Made by a program: the position numbers and the translations under genes | The notes under the pieces: generated by a model | What the model was told of the DNA's origin: nothing | Seen by the model: only the letters and a program-made list of their open reading frames with translations | Database searches by the model: none | Origin: Nitrospirales bacterium | Lineage (GTDB): Bacteria > Nitrospirota > Nitrospiria > Nitrospirales > UBA8639 | Assembly: GCA_965203295.1 (NCBI GenBank) | Contig: CBDBCZ010000018.1 | Coordinates: 1,568,001-1,632,000, forward strand | Direction: 5' to 3' | DNA length: 64,000 nt | Shown: piece after piece, positions 1 to 12,840 of the stretch | Position numbering within the stretch: the first letter of the stretch is position 1 | Layout: every line of letters begins with the position of its first letter

Positions 1-129
1 TCCCAAAGAGAAGACTTTGATGCTGCTATTCCACACAGAGTCCTGTACCCGGAACAGTATCAATAACTATTAAGCATTATATAGTGCACCTAAGTACAGT
101 ATAGGTTGTATATTATGCTGTTTAGCTAA

Positions 130-2686
130 TTACATGTTGGTAAAAACCATTGATACATGTTCTAAAATAAGGATCGCGTCTGCTACTATAGAGGATTAAA
201 CTACCTGAATTAAAGGTAGAAGCTTCCTAGCAAATTAGCAGTAAGTAAAGAAGAAACGGAACGAGCTTGTGCCCCATTACATGTTGCTAAAGACCATTGA
301 TACATGTACTAAAATAAGGGCCGTCTGGACCACTATACTAAGGACCGTTAGCTACTATAGTGGACGAAACTACCTGAATCAAAGATAGCAACTTCCTAGA
401 CTGTTAGTAGTAAGTAAAGAAGAACCAGAGAGAGTTTGTGCCCCATTACATGTCGCTAAAGACCATTAACACATGTACTAAAATAAGGACCGTCCGGACA
501 ATCATTAAGGACCGTCTGCTACTATAGAGGATAAATCTACCTGAATTAAAGGTAGAAGCGTCATAGCCAGTTAGTAGTAGGTAAAGAAGAACCAGAGAGA
601 GTTCGTACCCCATAACATGTCGCTAAAGACCATTGATACGTATATTAAAATAAGGACCGTCTAGACCACTACTAAGGACTGTTTGCTACTATAGTGGATG
701 AAACTACCTGAATCAAAGATAGAACTTCCAAGCCTGTTAGTAGTAAGTAAAGAAGAACCAGAGAGAGTTTGTGCCCCATTACATGTCGCTAAAGACATTT
801 GACACATGTACTAAAATAAGGACCGTCTGGACAATCATTAAGGACCGTCTGGTACTATAGAGGATAAATCTACCTGAATTAAAGGTAGAAGCTTCATAGC
901 CAGTTAGTAGTAAGTAAAGAAAAACCAGAGAGAGTTTGTGCACCATTACATGTCGCTAAAGACCATTAACACATGTACTAAAATAAGGACCGTCTGGACA
1001 ATCATTAAGGACCGTCTGCTACTATAGAGGATAAATCTACCTGAATTAAAGGTAGAAGCTTCATAGCCAGTTAGTAGTAAGTAAAGAAGAACCAGAGAGA
1101 GTTTGTACCCCATTACATGTCGCTAAAGACCATTGATACATGTATTAAAATAAGGACCGTCTGGACAATCATTAAGGACCGTCTGCTACTATAGAGGATA
1201 AATCTACCTGAATTAAAGGTAGAAGCTTCTAGCCAGTTAGTAGTAAGTAAAGAAGAAACGGAGAGGGAGTTTTTGCCCCATTACATGTCGCTAAAGACCA
1301 CTAACACATGTACTAAAATAAGGACCGTCTGGACAATCATTAAGGACCGTTTGTTACTATAGAAGACAAAATCTACCTGAATCAAAGATAGAAGCTTCCT
1401 AGCCTGTTAGTAGTAGGTAATGAAAAAACAGAGAGAGTTTGTACCCCATTACATGTCGCTAAAGACCATTAACACATGTACTAAAATAAGGACCGTCTGG
1501 ACAATCATTAAGGACCATCTGCTACTATAGTGGATGAAACTACCTGAATCAAAGATAGCAACTTCCTAGCCTGTTAGTAGTAAGTAAAGAAGAACCAGAG
1601 AGAGTTTGTGCCCCATTACATGTCGCTAAAGACCATTAACATATGTACTAAAATAAGGACCGTCTGGACAATCATTAAGGACCGTCTGCTACTATAGAGG
1701 ATGAAACTACCTGAATTAAAGGTAGAAGCTTCCTAGCCAGTTAGTAGTAGGTAATGAAGAAACAGAGAGAGAGTTTTCGCCCCATTACATGTTGCTAAAG
1801 ACCATTGATACATGTACTAAAATAAGGACCGTCTGGACCACTACTAAGGACCGTTTGCTATTATAGTGGATGAAACTACCCGAATCAAAGATAGCAACTT
1901 CCTAGCCTGTTAGTAGTAAGTAAAGAAGAACCAGAGAGAGTTTGTGCCCCATTACATGTCGCTAAAGACCATTAACACATGTACTAAAATAAGGACCGTC
2001 TGGACAATCATTAAGGACCGTCTGCTACTATAGAGGATAAATCTACCTGAATTAAAGGTAGAAGCTTCCTAGCCTGTTAGTAGTAAGTAATGAAGAAATT
2101 GAGAGAGTTTTTGCCCCATTACATGTCGCTAAAGACCATTAACACATGTACTAAAATAAGGACCGTCTGGACAATCATTAAGGACCGTTTGTTACTATAG
2201 AAAACAAAATCTACCTGAATCAAAGATAGAAGCTTCCTAGCCTGTTAGTAGTAGGTAATGAAGAAACAGAGAGAGTTTGTACCCCATTACATGTCGCTAA
2301 AGACCATTAACACATGTACTAAAATAAGGACCGTCTGGACAATCATTAAGGACCATCTGCTACTATAGTGGATGAAACTACCTGAATCAAAGATAGCAAC
2401 TTCCTAGCCTGTTAGTAGTAAGTAAAGAAGAACCAGAGAGAGTTTGTGCCCCATTACATGTCGCTAAAGACCATTAACACATGTACTAAAATAAGGACCG
2501 TCTGGAAAATTATTAAGGACCGTCTGCTACTATAGAGGATAAATCTACCTGAATTAAAGGTAGAAGCTTCTAGCCAGTTAGTAGTAAGTAAAGAAGAAAC
2601 GGAGAGGGAGTTTTTGCCCCATTACATGTCGCTAAAGACCATTAATACATGTACTAATATAAGGACCGTCTAGACAATTATTAATT
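130..2686. repeat. Tandem satellite, ~167-bp unit, ~15 copies
   Basis: The motif CCCCATTACATGTCGCTAAAGACC (or a close variant) recurs at ~272, 441, 608, 774, 941, 1108, 1277, 1444, 1611 ... 2617, spacing 166-169 bp. Two unit variants: GAGGATAAATCTACCTGAATTAAAGGTAGA and GTGGATGAAACTACCTGAATCAAAGATAGC. Confidence 0.97.
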
Positions 2687-4509
2687 GGGGAACATAGCAT
2701 AATAATTTGTAGGAGTAGATTGTGAATGTGTACCTTTCTTGTTGAAGAAGAACATGCTTGCCATATCCAAGGTCTGGGAGCGAGACTATGCGTAAGCGGC
2801 GTATGCAGCATGCGCAGCAAAGGCGACAATGAGCACGTCCGCCCACGTGCCAACGATTGTACTTTGACCTTTGACCTTTGACCCTTGCACTTTAATTGGA
2901 AACCGTGGTCCTTAATGACTGGTCCTAGTGCGATTTTCGCATCAAGTAATACCAGGACAGCTAGCTGGCATGATCAAAGGTAGGCGTTAAATAGATGAAC
3001 ACGTGAAGTTTGCGGTTTCTAAAACCCGGAACGGAACGGAACAGTAAAATTAAATGGCGTAAAACGGCAAGCGTCCACTCGAGAGTACTCGTGAATCACT
3101 GCTAAAACTCTTCGATTTTTATGGAAAAGTTATGCTGCGAGTGCAATACCCCAGAGAATATCCAGCTTGTTCGCGCTTGAATCATTGTGATTGCTTCAGC
3201 CGTTATTGAGCTAGCCTGCCTGAAGAAAGAAGAATCAGAATCAGAATCAGAATCAGAAGAAGTGTACGATTACGCCCCGCCCCCTGAGTGTGTCGACTTG
3301 CCGGTTTGGTACTCCAGCGAAGCTTTCTAGCAACGCTAACAGTCTTGTTGCTGATGAAAACACTCGAGATGCCATGGTATGGCTCATAAAACTCTGTGAC
3401 TATAATCAGAGCCGAGTTCTGAACGTATGATTTTGTACGCGCTATATGGGGCCGCCATTTTTTTCCCGTGCCATCCCTACATATGGAGTACTACCGTACT
3501 CCATGATATACGCACTTGAAAAAGGATGCCAAGATATGGGAGCTGAGACCAACTGCCAGTGGCAAACTATCAGCTACATATTTTGCCAAACTGCATAACC
3601 TCTCACAAATGTCCTCATATGACATTAAGCCCTAGCATTCTTTGTTGCATAACAGTCTGTTGATATTATATTGGATTCTTAAGCATTTCGCTTGCATATA
3701 CCATACTATTAATATCCTAAAGTAAGTTGTTCAGCCACAATCATGTAATTGGCATCGCTGGCAAAAGAATAATTTAGAATGGGGGTAGGTTTTTAAAAAT
3801 CATTATTCAACACATAATGGAAGTTAAAGTTCAGGGGAGGGGGGTATTCACACCTTGTGTGAACCCTATATTTAACCCCCGCTAATTTCTTGTCAAATGA
3901 TTGAACTTGCACAATAGCAAAATTATATGCGCTACATAACGTAGTGCGCTACATAACGGGGGTTAAAGGGATCACGATGTAACTCGGCAGAGAGCGGTTG
4001 GAGATGAAAATGAGCGGAGATCGGTCTGAGACAAGAGCGTGCATGCTCAGTCAACTCGAATCAGGATTGGTACATGTTTGCTCCCTCTATAGGCCTTTGA
4101 CTTAGCTAGCTAGCTACTTGATGACGGGGCAGTTGCAATGTGATCCCTAGAAAGTTATCCTCTCACTTAGCTAGCTGCTAGCCGGCTCCGTTCGATTTTG
4201 TGTGCAGTTGCTCCACCCCATATTACGTTTAATTGGAACGTGCACCTCTTAACGAGGTTTTTGCGGCTTTGGGCCAAGAAGCAAGCATGCGCCCGATAGC
4301 GTATGTGCGCTACATAATGAAGTGCGCCTGATAACCCGAGTCTACAGTAGGCCGATAGTTTCGACGCTTTTAATTCTCAGTACAGTCACGAAGCACCACA
4401 GCACCTGTTTAACTCCATTGATTCTACACTTAATCATACAGGAAGGCATCGAATTTGGCTACAAAAAATAAGGGAAACTATGGCGGACAGAATTACATGC
4501 GAGGAATAA

Positions 4510-4900
4510 CGAGTGCCTTCCTTTACTGCCCTGTGGCGCCACTGGATCAGATCCTGTTGGACAAGCCGGCTATGGCAGAACTCACCTCAATCAGATGTGT
4601 ATTTTCAGCTTCCACCTTCTGACGAGAATGGATGGGTTCTCCACCAAGACGGTAATTATACCTTAGATTCGGAAGACCCTGGGGTTTAAGACAAAATCAA
4701 GGGAATGATTGATTTCGAGAAGGCTTGGGAGGTCTGGGTATGAGACTCCTAGGGGTGAATGTGGGCACTAAATAAAGAAAATAAAAGGGATGTAGTTGTA
4801 AGAAAGGATGCAAGGCTAATGCATGTGGTTGTCGTAAGAAATCAAAGCTTTGTGGTCCTGAATGTGAATGTCGAGATTGTGTTAACTTACCGGTACCAGT
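4510..4900 (+). pseudogene. Degraded C-terminus of a transposon protein with a CXC/Cys8 zinc finger (Academ-like)
   Basis: Translates as PSFTALWRHWIRSCWTSRLWQNSPQSD..PPSDENGW followed by GCSCKKGCKANACGCRKKSKLCGPECECRDCVNLP, with stops and an insertion between. Family assignment is from motif memory. Confidence 0.5.
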
Positions 4901-5191
4901 ACAGCAGTCTGTAGAAGGCGAGAGTGAAGACGAAAGTGATGTACACTCAGACACAGAAGACGGGTCCCTCGTCCAGTGATGATCAGCTAGACGTAGAAGT
5001 AATTACAGGTATGGATGATCTTCTTTATGCTCAATCACAATGGCTAGTAATACACAATTACAGATTGCCTCTAAACAAAGTCTGGGAATTCTAAATGATA
5101 CCTACGTATCTATGGATTGAGAACGTGATTAATTTGCTACACGCCTACCAAGGCTTGCAAAAATTTGGCACAAATTTGTTTCGCAGCAAAA

Positions 5192-5288
5192 ACTTTTGAA
5201 CTCAAAATCTCATTATAATGAGATTTTGAGTTCAAAAGTGTATGTGTTTTTAGTCCATGTATACATGGACTAAAAACACATACACTTT
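5192..5288. repeat. Two overlapping perfect palindromes (48 bp and 54 bp)
   Basis: ACTTTTGAACTCAAAATCTCATTATAATGAGATTTTGAGTTCAAAAGT (5192-5239) and AAAGTGTATGTGTTTTTAGTCCATGTATACATGGACTAAAAACACATACACTTT (5235-5288). Confidence 0.95.
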
Positions 5289-6747
5289 CATTAAAAAGTA
5301 GTTATATATTTTGTCGAACATACCTGTGACCGCAGAAAATGAAAGAGTTAAAAAAAAAAATTAAAAAAGGTAAAAAAGGGGACCAAATAGGTCTTCCCTC
5401 TGTTAAAAAAACGTTCAGAGAAAATCGCACCTTCCCAGCTTAACCATAAGGTCTTACTGAGACCAGCAGGAGCCTCCTACAAAAAGTTGAAAAGGCCTAA
5501 AAACTTATGAAACTTAATTAAAAAATTGTAAGAGCTGCCCCAAACCAAGCTGCCCCCCACAAAGAAACGTTCTTAGGAAAGGTAGAAAATTGAAAACCTG
5601 CTATAAAACATAACTAATCAACACCAATAACAAAAAGATCTGAACTAGTCTGAATGCCTGACCTTGAGAGTCAGGGATGGTGTGTTAAAGAGTTTTTAAT
5701 GGTGCCAACTCTCCCCACTCATTCAGTGCATGCTCCTATATTTGCAGATTGTTCCACGACCACAAGGTAGTGTGTATAAACTCACTGTTAGGTTCTACTA
5801 CTCGTTGGGTATACCCATGTATACCCACGTTAAGTTAACCCATGTAGACCCACGTTACCCATGTTTACCCAAGTTAACCCATGTCAGTGTTTATCCTTCT
5901 TGACTTTTTAACAGTACCCTGCAATCACTGACGAAGCAATCTAATTTAAACAACCGTGTTTACCTTGTTTACCAGTAAACAGGACGGACACTGTAAATAC
6001 ACGGTCTTATATCTAGCCAGATCAGGCAAAATGTTCCAGCTAAGAGAACGTTTCGCCAGCCTGGACAAAATGGCCAGGAAATGTCCCGGCCTGGTAAATG
6101 TTCCGGGAAGAAGTGGCCGGCTCAGCTGCAGCTAGCCCCGCCCCTCCTAACCGCACCCACCATTCTATTTTGTAGGTGACCTAAGTGGAGCGCAAAAGTG
6201 GGCCGAGCCAGTTTGCCGCGGCAAATTGTCCTGGTCTCAATACTGGGAACACTGGCATGGATAACATGCCATACAGGCGGACCATTTTTTCCGAAAAATT
6301 GGTCCGGGGAACCGATTTTCCACTGAAAATTTCGGTCCGGGGGGGGGGGGGGGGGGGCAAAATTTTCAGGACCAAAATTGCAGTGACAGTATTGCTCGCT
6401 CACAATGCACTGCATTCTGCGTAAGCCTAGGCCTAGTTATAATTTTTCAACTTCTTACAGCTAGAACTCACCATCTCTTGCTTTAGCTCAACCTCGAAGG
6501 CGGGAGATCAGAAACTTGTCCTTGTTTTTCACCACGAGGATCGTATTAAAACGCACGTGCGTGATGACACCGCTCTGTAAGCGTAGCCGTTCGTACTACG
6601 TGTGAAGCAAAAAAACTGAAGCTGTAGAAAAAAAATCTCTTCTACGTATGTTCTTGATTGAAGGGTTTACTGAAGTTTCAAAGAAGATAACTTTTCTTCA
6701 TGCATCATTGAAGGATGCATGTGAAGGCCACCAGTTATGTGTAGAGT

Positions 6748-6850
6748 TAGCCTCGAACCCAGGCCTTCCACGCAGATTTTTTCGCAGCCGTGGCAAAATT
6801 TTTGCCACGGCTGCGAAAAAATCTGCGTAGAAGGCCTGGGTTCGAGGCTA
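6748..6850. mobile_element. Academ-type palindromic MITE (103 bp)
   Basis: TAGCCTCGAACCCAGG...CCTGGGTTCGAGGCTA, flanked by 9-bp TSD GTGTAGAGT (6739-6747, 6851-6859). Confidence 0.9.
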
Positions 6851-9800
6851 GTGTAGAGTTACACATAACACTCCAGGTGCCCCGCCCCCACGTTTGTCAA
6901 TATGCAATATGCAATGCGTAGTCAGCTATTATCTATTATCTATTAGCTATTATCCTCAGAAACACAGCTGCCGACCAATCAGTTGCTGCCGCTGCAATGC
7001 CGCAGCGTATAGTACAAGCGAAACCCATAATCAAGTTGCCTTAGTGGGGAGTATAAAAGGCGGCCATGCACCCTTGCACTTCGGTCACCTCGCAGAGTTC
7101 ATCGCTGTGAGTACATGCAAAATGTGTTTGGGAAGACACTAGAGTACGGCCGAGTTGGCTTCTCTGGTGCAGCCATTTATTGGCTGTCAGCCGGTGGCCA
7201 GACCCAGTACCCTTTGGGGTGCGCAAAAAGGTCTGGTCGAATGCTGGTCGCTTCTTTCGGGAAGCCCGGTTGAGGTTGGTAAGAGTGGAAGGAAAACTTC
7301 CACCGTGGTCCTTCCTGATGGGAGACCGAACCGGGGCATGTGGCCTCAGTTCCTGATAGTCCCTTGGGAGGAATCCCTGGCCAGTTTAGCATGTACATGC
7401 ATGCTTAAAAAGCAGCACACAGTTTGCAATGTTTTGCTCCCAAACTCGGGTGCTGAACCTCAATGAGTTGCCGAAACGCTCTAACTGCAACCTACTGAAG
7501 TTCAGCACCCGGACTCGTAATCACTTGTCTAACTGCAACATATGTAGGACGTCAGTAAGTATAAATAGGGACGATCTAGCTATACTGTCCAGGTTTGCCA
7601 ACATTGTATTGTTAGGGGTTAGGGTTAGGCTCAGGGTTAGAGTTAAAAGGACGTTCACAGGCCCCGCAACATAAAATTTTGCATAAAATCTGTATTTTCT
7701 ACAACGCTTCAGAAAGTCTATTGCCCGAGGAAGTAAGACTATACTTCCAATTGGATTACTCAATCGTTGCTTGATCATTTTTATATTAACTTTTTCATAC
7801 TCTGAAAAAGTTTTTTTTCCAACCATGATACAAGCCTTAATTTCAACCTCCCTACTAGGTCATAGGAACCTTCCTACCTAGTTATAAGCATACTTAGCAC
7901 ACACTCACACACTAAATAATTACTACCACAATCCATAATAATATTTGTGATCATTATAATAAAAGAGAGAATTGTACACTCAGTGACAACCATGTATATA
8001 TATATATGCATGTAATGATGTGCACAGAAGACATTACAACAATTGCCAGTTCAGTTTCCTAAAAATTTTGCCATTGCACTTGCTTACTTTTCTTTGCTAT
8101 ATCTGACCTAAAGGAAAGAAATACACTAATTTTATCAATGCTAAAATAATATCATGACAATGAGGTATATATATAGGAATATTTTAATGCTGCAGATTAC
8201 CATGTTTCATTTTTGTTAGCTGGGTGTGTAGAAAGTGTGTGCCCGACCAGTAAGATCTTAGACTACTAGTTTGTGGAACTTATCGTTATGCAAGAAGTAT
8301 GTCTTACATTACCAGTTTACTAGTGCTACTGTAGCCACTTACGCAAGCATGGACTGAGACCCTCCGCTGAGGACTATGTAGGCCGCCTGTGAAGCCTTTT
8401 GCTTGGTCTGCAGCATGGCCAATGTATTTAGAGGGGTGTCCACAGAGCTCGACTCCTTCATAAACTATCAAATAGAGACACATAAAATGTGTTCAACATC
8501 ACTGGATCGTAATATATTACACAGAAATGAGCATAGATTTAAAAAAAAAGTATTCAAAAATGAAAGAGCAGGTAGAAATGAAACGTAAAGTAACCGAACA
8601 AGGTACCACAGAACTTTCACGGATTACCATTCCAATAACACACGCCACCATCCCCTCCATGCCACGCACATCACGCAGTTTTCCGTGCAGGTCTTCATTT
8701 AGCTGCGCTCTTAGAGTGACTGTGCATTTGTAGGTTTGTAGCATATCAAGTGAGAAGTGTCATATTCTCTACTGTATGGAGGAGTCAATGTATTTGCTAA
8801 TAGATAATTTTTAATTGTTTCTATGCAGTTGTGACTCATGCAGGGGTCTGGCTAATGGTGACAGTAGTTGTCTGTGAGGCAGGGAGCACTATGTAGATAT
8901 ATAGTGCATGTAGCAGTGTAGGATATGCTGTACATGTAGTGTCGGTTGTGAACTATGTATATCCTATATTGTGAATATGGCTGGTGGGATTGCGGTGGGC
9001 AATGATGCTGATGAACATGGTAATTATGGTGTGCTGAAGGGAGTGTTCAGTATGAGTGCAAGTTACTGCTAAGGATAAATTCCAGTGTGTAGTCTGGTGC
9101 CTTAGTTTATGCGTTTGTATAATGGTATTGAAAATGCTGTATATGTATGAACACAAACGCTCACAAAGACAGCAACTCACCCAAAAAATGATTTATATCA
9201 AGGTATTGAAAATGCAGTGTATACATCTTGTCAGAAATTTTCAAAAGGAGCAGAAACGTGCCCGAATTTTAAAAACAACTGGGAAGATGCTGTCCCTGTT
9301 CAAGGACAATGTTTGTCAGGTACATTAACTTGTAGGCCTTGTCTGCTATTGGATATGACCTTAACTGGGAATCTTGGTACATGTTTTGCAGTTTTTTGTG
9401 GAGGTACTACATCAGAAGAAGGGTTTCATTTTGATGGCAGACAAAAAAGAACCATTCTTAGACTATCAGGTGCTTGTGTAGAATCCTCATGTTGTGAAAT
9501 GCAGAGTTTCCTTGCAAGGTCTAGCATTCGAAATGCAGTTTATATGCCCTATCAGAAACGCTTACAACTAGTAGCTGCTCTGCATGCACAAAGAGCAGCA
9601 ACTCATCCAAAAAATGATTTATATCAAGGTATTGAAAATGCAGTGTATATGTCTTGTCAGAAATTTTCAAAAGGAGCAGAAACGTGCCCGAATTTTAAAA
9701 ACAATAATTTGGCATATTATAAAAGTGTTGAAAATGTAGGATATATCTCTTGTCAGAAACGTTAAAAAGATCAGAAACTTTTCAAAAATTCAAACACAAT

Positions 9801-12162
9801 GACATAAGATATAAAGATATTGAAAATACGGAGTGTATATCTTGTCAGAAACGCTTACAGAGAATAAAAACGTGCTCAAAATTCGAAAAACGATGACTTA
9901 GCATAACCTGGCATAGAAAATGCAGTGTATATTCTCATCAGAAACGCTCACAACGAGCTGAAACGCCCCTAAAATTTAAACACAATGTTTTAGTATAAAC
10001 TAATGTATAAATATTCAGTTGAATAATTGAAAATGCACTTCATGTATCTTGTCAAAAATGTTCACAAAGTGTAGAAACGCTCCTGAAATCATTTTGGCTC
10101 TAATGGTATAATAGTGAAAATGTAGTACAAGTATCTAGTCAAAAAAGATTACTAATTTCTAAGAGCTAAACTGTTCCCAAAATTCAAACACAATGATTTA
10201 GGATACAAAGCTACTGAAAGTGCAGTGGATATATCTGGTCAGAAACGCTTACAAAGAGCAAAAACGCTCCCGAACTTCAAACACTATGATTTAGCATATA
10301 ATGGCATTAAAAAAATACAGTGTTACATATATCTTGTCAGAAACGATCTCAAAATTCCAACATAGCGAAATTGCAATTAAAGGAATTGAAAATGCAGTGC
10401 ATGTACCTTGAATGTTATAAATGATTACAAAGAGCAGAATGCTTTCGAAATTCAAAAACAATGATTTAGCACATAAAGAAATAAATTGAAAATGCTGTGT
10501 ATATATCTTGCATAAACGGTCACGAAGACTACAAACTTTCTGAAGTTCAAGCTCAATGATTTCGCATATAAAAGACGGTGTATATATATATATTGTCAGT
10601 AAATTAAATGCTTACTAAGAGCAGAAATGCTCCCTAATTTTGAACGCAATGAATTTGCATACAGAACTTTTGAAAATGCAGCATGCATGTCTTGTCATGA
10701 ACGCTTACAAATAGCAGAAATGCTCCCAATTTTCAAATACAATGGTTTAGCCTATGTAATTATTGAAAATGCAGTCGTCAGAAAAGCTCATAATGAGCAG
10801 AAACCTTCCCGAAATGTAAGTACAATGACACAGTATAAAAACGCATGCATTCGAAATGCAGTTTATATGTCCTATCAGAAACGCTTACAACTAGTAGAAG
10901 CTTTCCGAAAGGTTCAAAAAGTATTGAAAATGTAGTTTATGTATGTTGTCACAAACGCTAACATAGAGCAGGAACGCTCCCAAAATTCAAACACAATAGT
11001 TAGCATATAATGGCATTGAAAATGCAGTGTTAATATCGCGTCAGAATCGCTTACGGAGAGCAGAAATGCTCCCGATATATAACCACGATCATTTAGCATA
11101 TAGTGTATTGAAGATTCGGTGGACATTATAATCATGTCAGAAAACGCTGCATGAAAACGACGCGACTGAATTTCAAACCATATAAGGGTATTTAAAATGC
11201 AGTGTACATGTCAGAAACGTTCATAACAAGTAGAAACATCCCAAAAATTCAAACACAATGATTGAACATATAATGCTATTGCTAATGTAGTGTATATATG
11301 TTGTCACAAACGCTTACAAAGAGCAGCAACACTCTCAAAATTCAAACACAATGATATAGAGTAAGGCATTGGAAATGTAGTGCATGTGTTTTGTCAGAAA
11401 TGCTTACGAAGAGCAGAAACGTTCCCGAAATTTAAAACACAATGCTTCAGCATGATATAATTGTAGTGAAATGCTGTGTATTATAGTCTTGTTATAGAAA
11501 CGCTTGAAATGAGCAGAAACGTTCCCAAAGTATAAACGCAATGGTTTAGCATACAAGGGTATTGAAAATAAAGTGTATATATCTCGACAGAAACATGCAC
11601 AATGAGCAGAAACGTTCCCGAAATTAAAATGCAAAGATTTAGGATAAAATGGTATAAAATGCAGTGTGTTTGTCCTGTCAAAAACGCTGACAAAGAGCGA
11701 AACTTTCCCCAAAGTCAAACACAGTAATTTTGCCTATCATGGTTTTTAAATGCAGTGCATGTATCGTATCAGAAAGTTTTATAAGAGGTACAATCATTCC
11801 CGAAATTGAAACTCAAATATTAGGATATGAAACAAGTATTGGAAGTATGCTGGTTATGTCTCTTATCAGAAGCTCTGAAAAGATGAGACGCTCCCAAATT
11901 CAAACGCGTCTACGTAAGTTCATCATACAACACAGAAAAATTTCTCTCCCTTCTCTTCGTATGCGATGTTGTGTGTATGGGCATGTACGTGTGTCTAACT
12001 TACTGTGTAAAACACATGTACATGATTGTCCATATACACTAACACAAAATTTATTAAAAAGGTGATTAATTCCTTCAAAAACTGTAAATATGTACAGTTG
12101 CTGTCAGATTGTAAACTATTTGTAGGTATATATCATTTAAATGTCAAGTGTATTATTTATAG

Positions 12163-12468
12163 CTCAGGGTCGCCGTCCAGCAGCCGGCTGGAGCTCCCCG
12201 GCTGCTGGACGGCGACCCTGAGGAGATTGCAGGGCGGGGCTGGTTCAGGACGACCCCTGACCTCCCGGGACATCCGGTGACGTGTTTTGATGGATTTTTG
12301 ATGTGTGCGGCTAATAAATAGCAGGTGTTAGCGTCTAACTTCACTTTCGCCCTGAAGAAGACTAGAGCATCTAGTCGAAACGTCGGCAAAGTTTCTTTCC
12401 GAGTTAGTTGGTATTCAGAGAACTTTCCTTTAGTATGCAAGAGCCAACTGAGAAGCCCCCTCTTCATG
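12163..12468 (+). mobile_element. Penelope-like retroelement 3' fragment (end of GIY-YIG region plus pLTR) with inverted 5' piece
   Basis: Absent from the homologous copies at ~32265 and ~42600. Begins with a perfect 25-bp inverted repeat (12163-12187/12198-12222). Encodes LELPGCWTATLRRL, similar to the C-terminal end of Penelope GIY-YIG endonucleases. Contains AATAAA and a hammerhead motif. Confidence 0.8.
12343..12392 (+). ncRNA. Minimal type I hammerhead ribozyme (Penelope-type)
   Basis: Stem I ACTTT(C)GCC/GGCAAAGT; core CTGAAGA (12352-12358) plus A; stem II GACTAGA-GCA-TCTAGTC; GAAA; minimal stem III with palindromic ACGT; cleavage triplet GTC ending at 12384. Confidence 0.88.
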
Positions 12469-12532
12469 CCTTATATATTGACTCCAGTTGCCCTGGATAA
12501 CAATTTGTTGCTTTTAATTCTTCTTTAACCAG

Positions 12533-12840
12533 GATAGTGAAGATCTCGATGCCAAGATATCAGGTGGCATTTCAACACCGTACCTGATTCAGTTTGGCAG
12601 TGCATGGACATGCAGTTCTTCCTTGTCGCGGAGAAAGAACTGTTGGCTGAGTTGCCTTCGCTGTACAAGGCCATTGTTGCCCTTATAGCAGTGTATTATG
12701 TTTTCGACATTGCCTATCCCACACCATGTATGAACACACTTTCTTTTATGGAACGCTTCCTGCTTGGAATAACAAATGGGACAAAGTTCAGCAAAACACT
12801 TGTTGGTACCATTTAATTTAGTGATATTGACAAATGTTAG
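12533..12840 (+). pseudogene. Last exon of an EnSpm/CACTA-type accessory gene (remnant), copy 1
   Basis: QFFLVAEKELLAELPSLYKAIVALIAVYYVFDIAYPTPCMNTLSFMERFLLGI resembles the YYVFN.xYP C-terminal domain of animal CACTA second ORFs. Duplicated at 40095-40398. Confidence 0.55.

Noticed and set aside
130..2686. Regular repeat array as a CRISPR array
   Set aside because: Whole units repeat with no unique spacers; eukaryotic context; no cas genes.
3352..3425. CTGATGA...TTCTGA as a hammerhead or box C/D snoRNA
   Set aside because: No stem II plus GAAA arrangement, box C is non-canonical, and there is no convincing terminal stem.
3872..3966. TTAA-CCCCCG...CGGGGG-TTAA as a piggyBac MITE
   Set aside because: The inverted repeat is only 6 bp beyond TTAA; insufficient support.
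4350..4382. Minus-strand CTGAGAA...GTCGAAAC as a hammerhead
   Set aside because: Stem II cannot form and the core is incomplete.
5990..6390. Possible Ginger-type MITE ending ...GCAGTGACA
   Set aside because: The right end looks Ginger-like, but no matching left TIR or TSD could be identified.
7611..7645. TTAGGG-like repeats as a telomere
   Set aside because: Only about 5 degenerate units, internal; more likely part of a dispersed repeat.
9056..12065. Many short ORFs in the 93-bp repeat region
   Set aside because: Products of the degenerate minisatellite; frames are not conserved between the duplicated copies.
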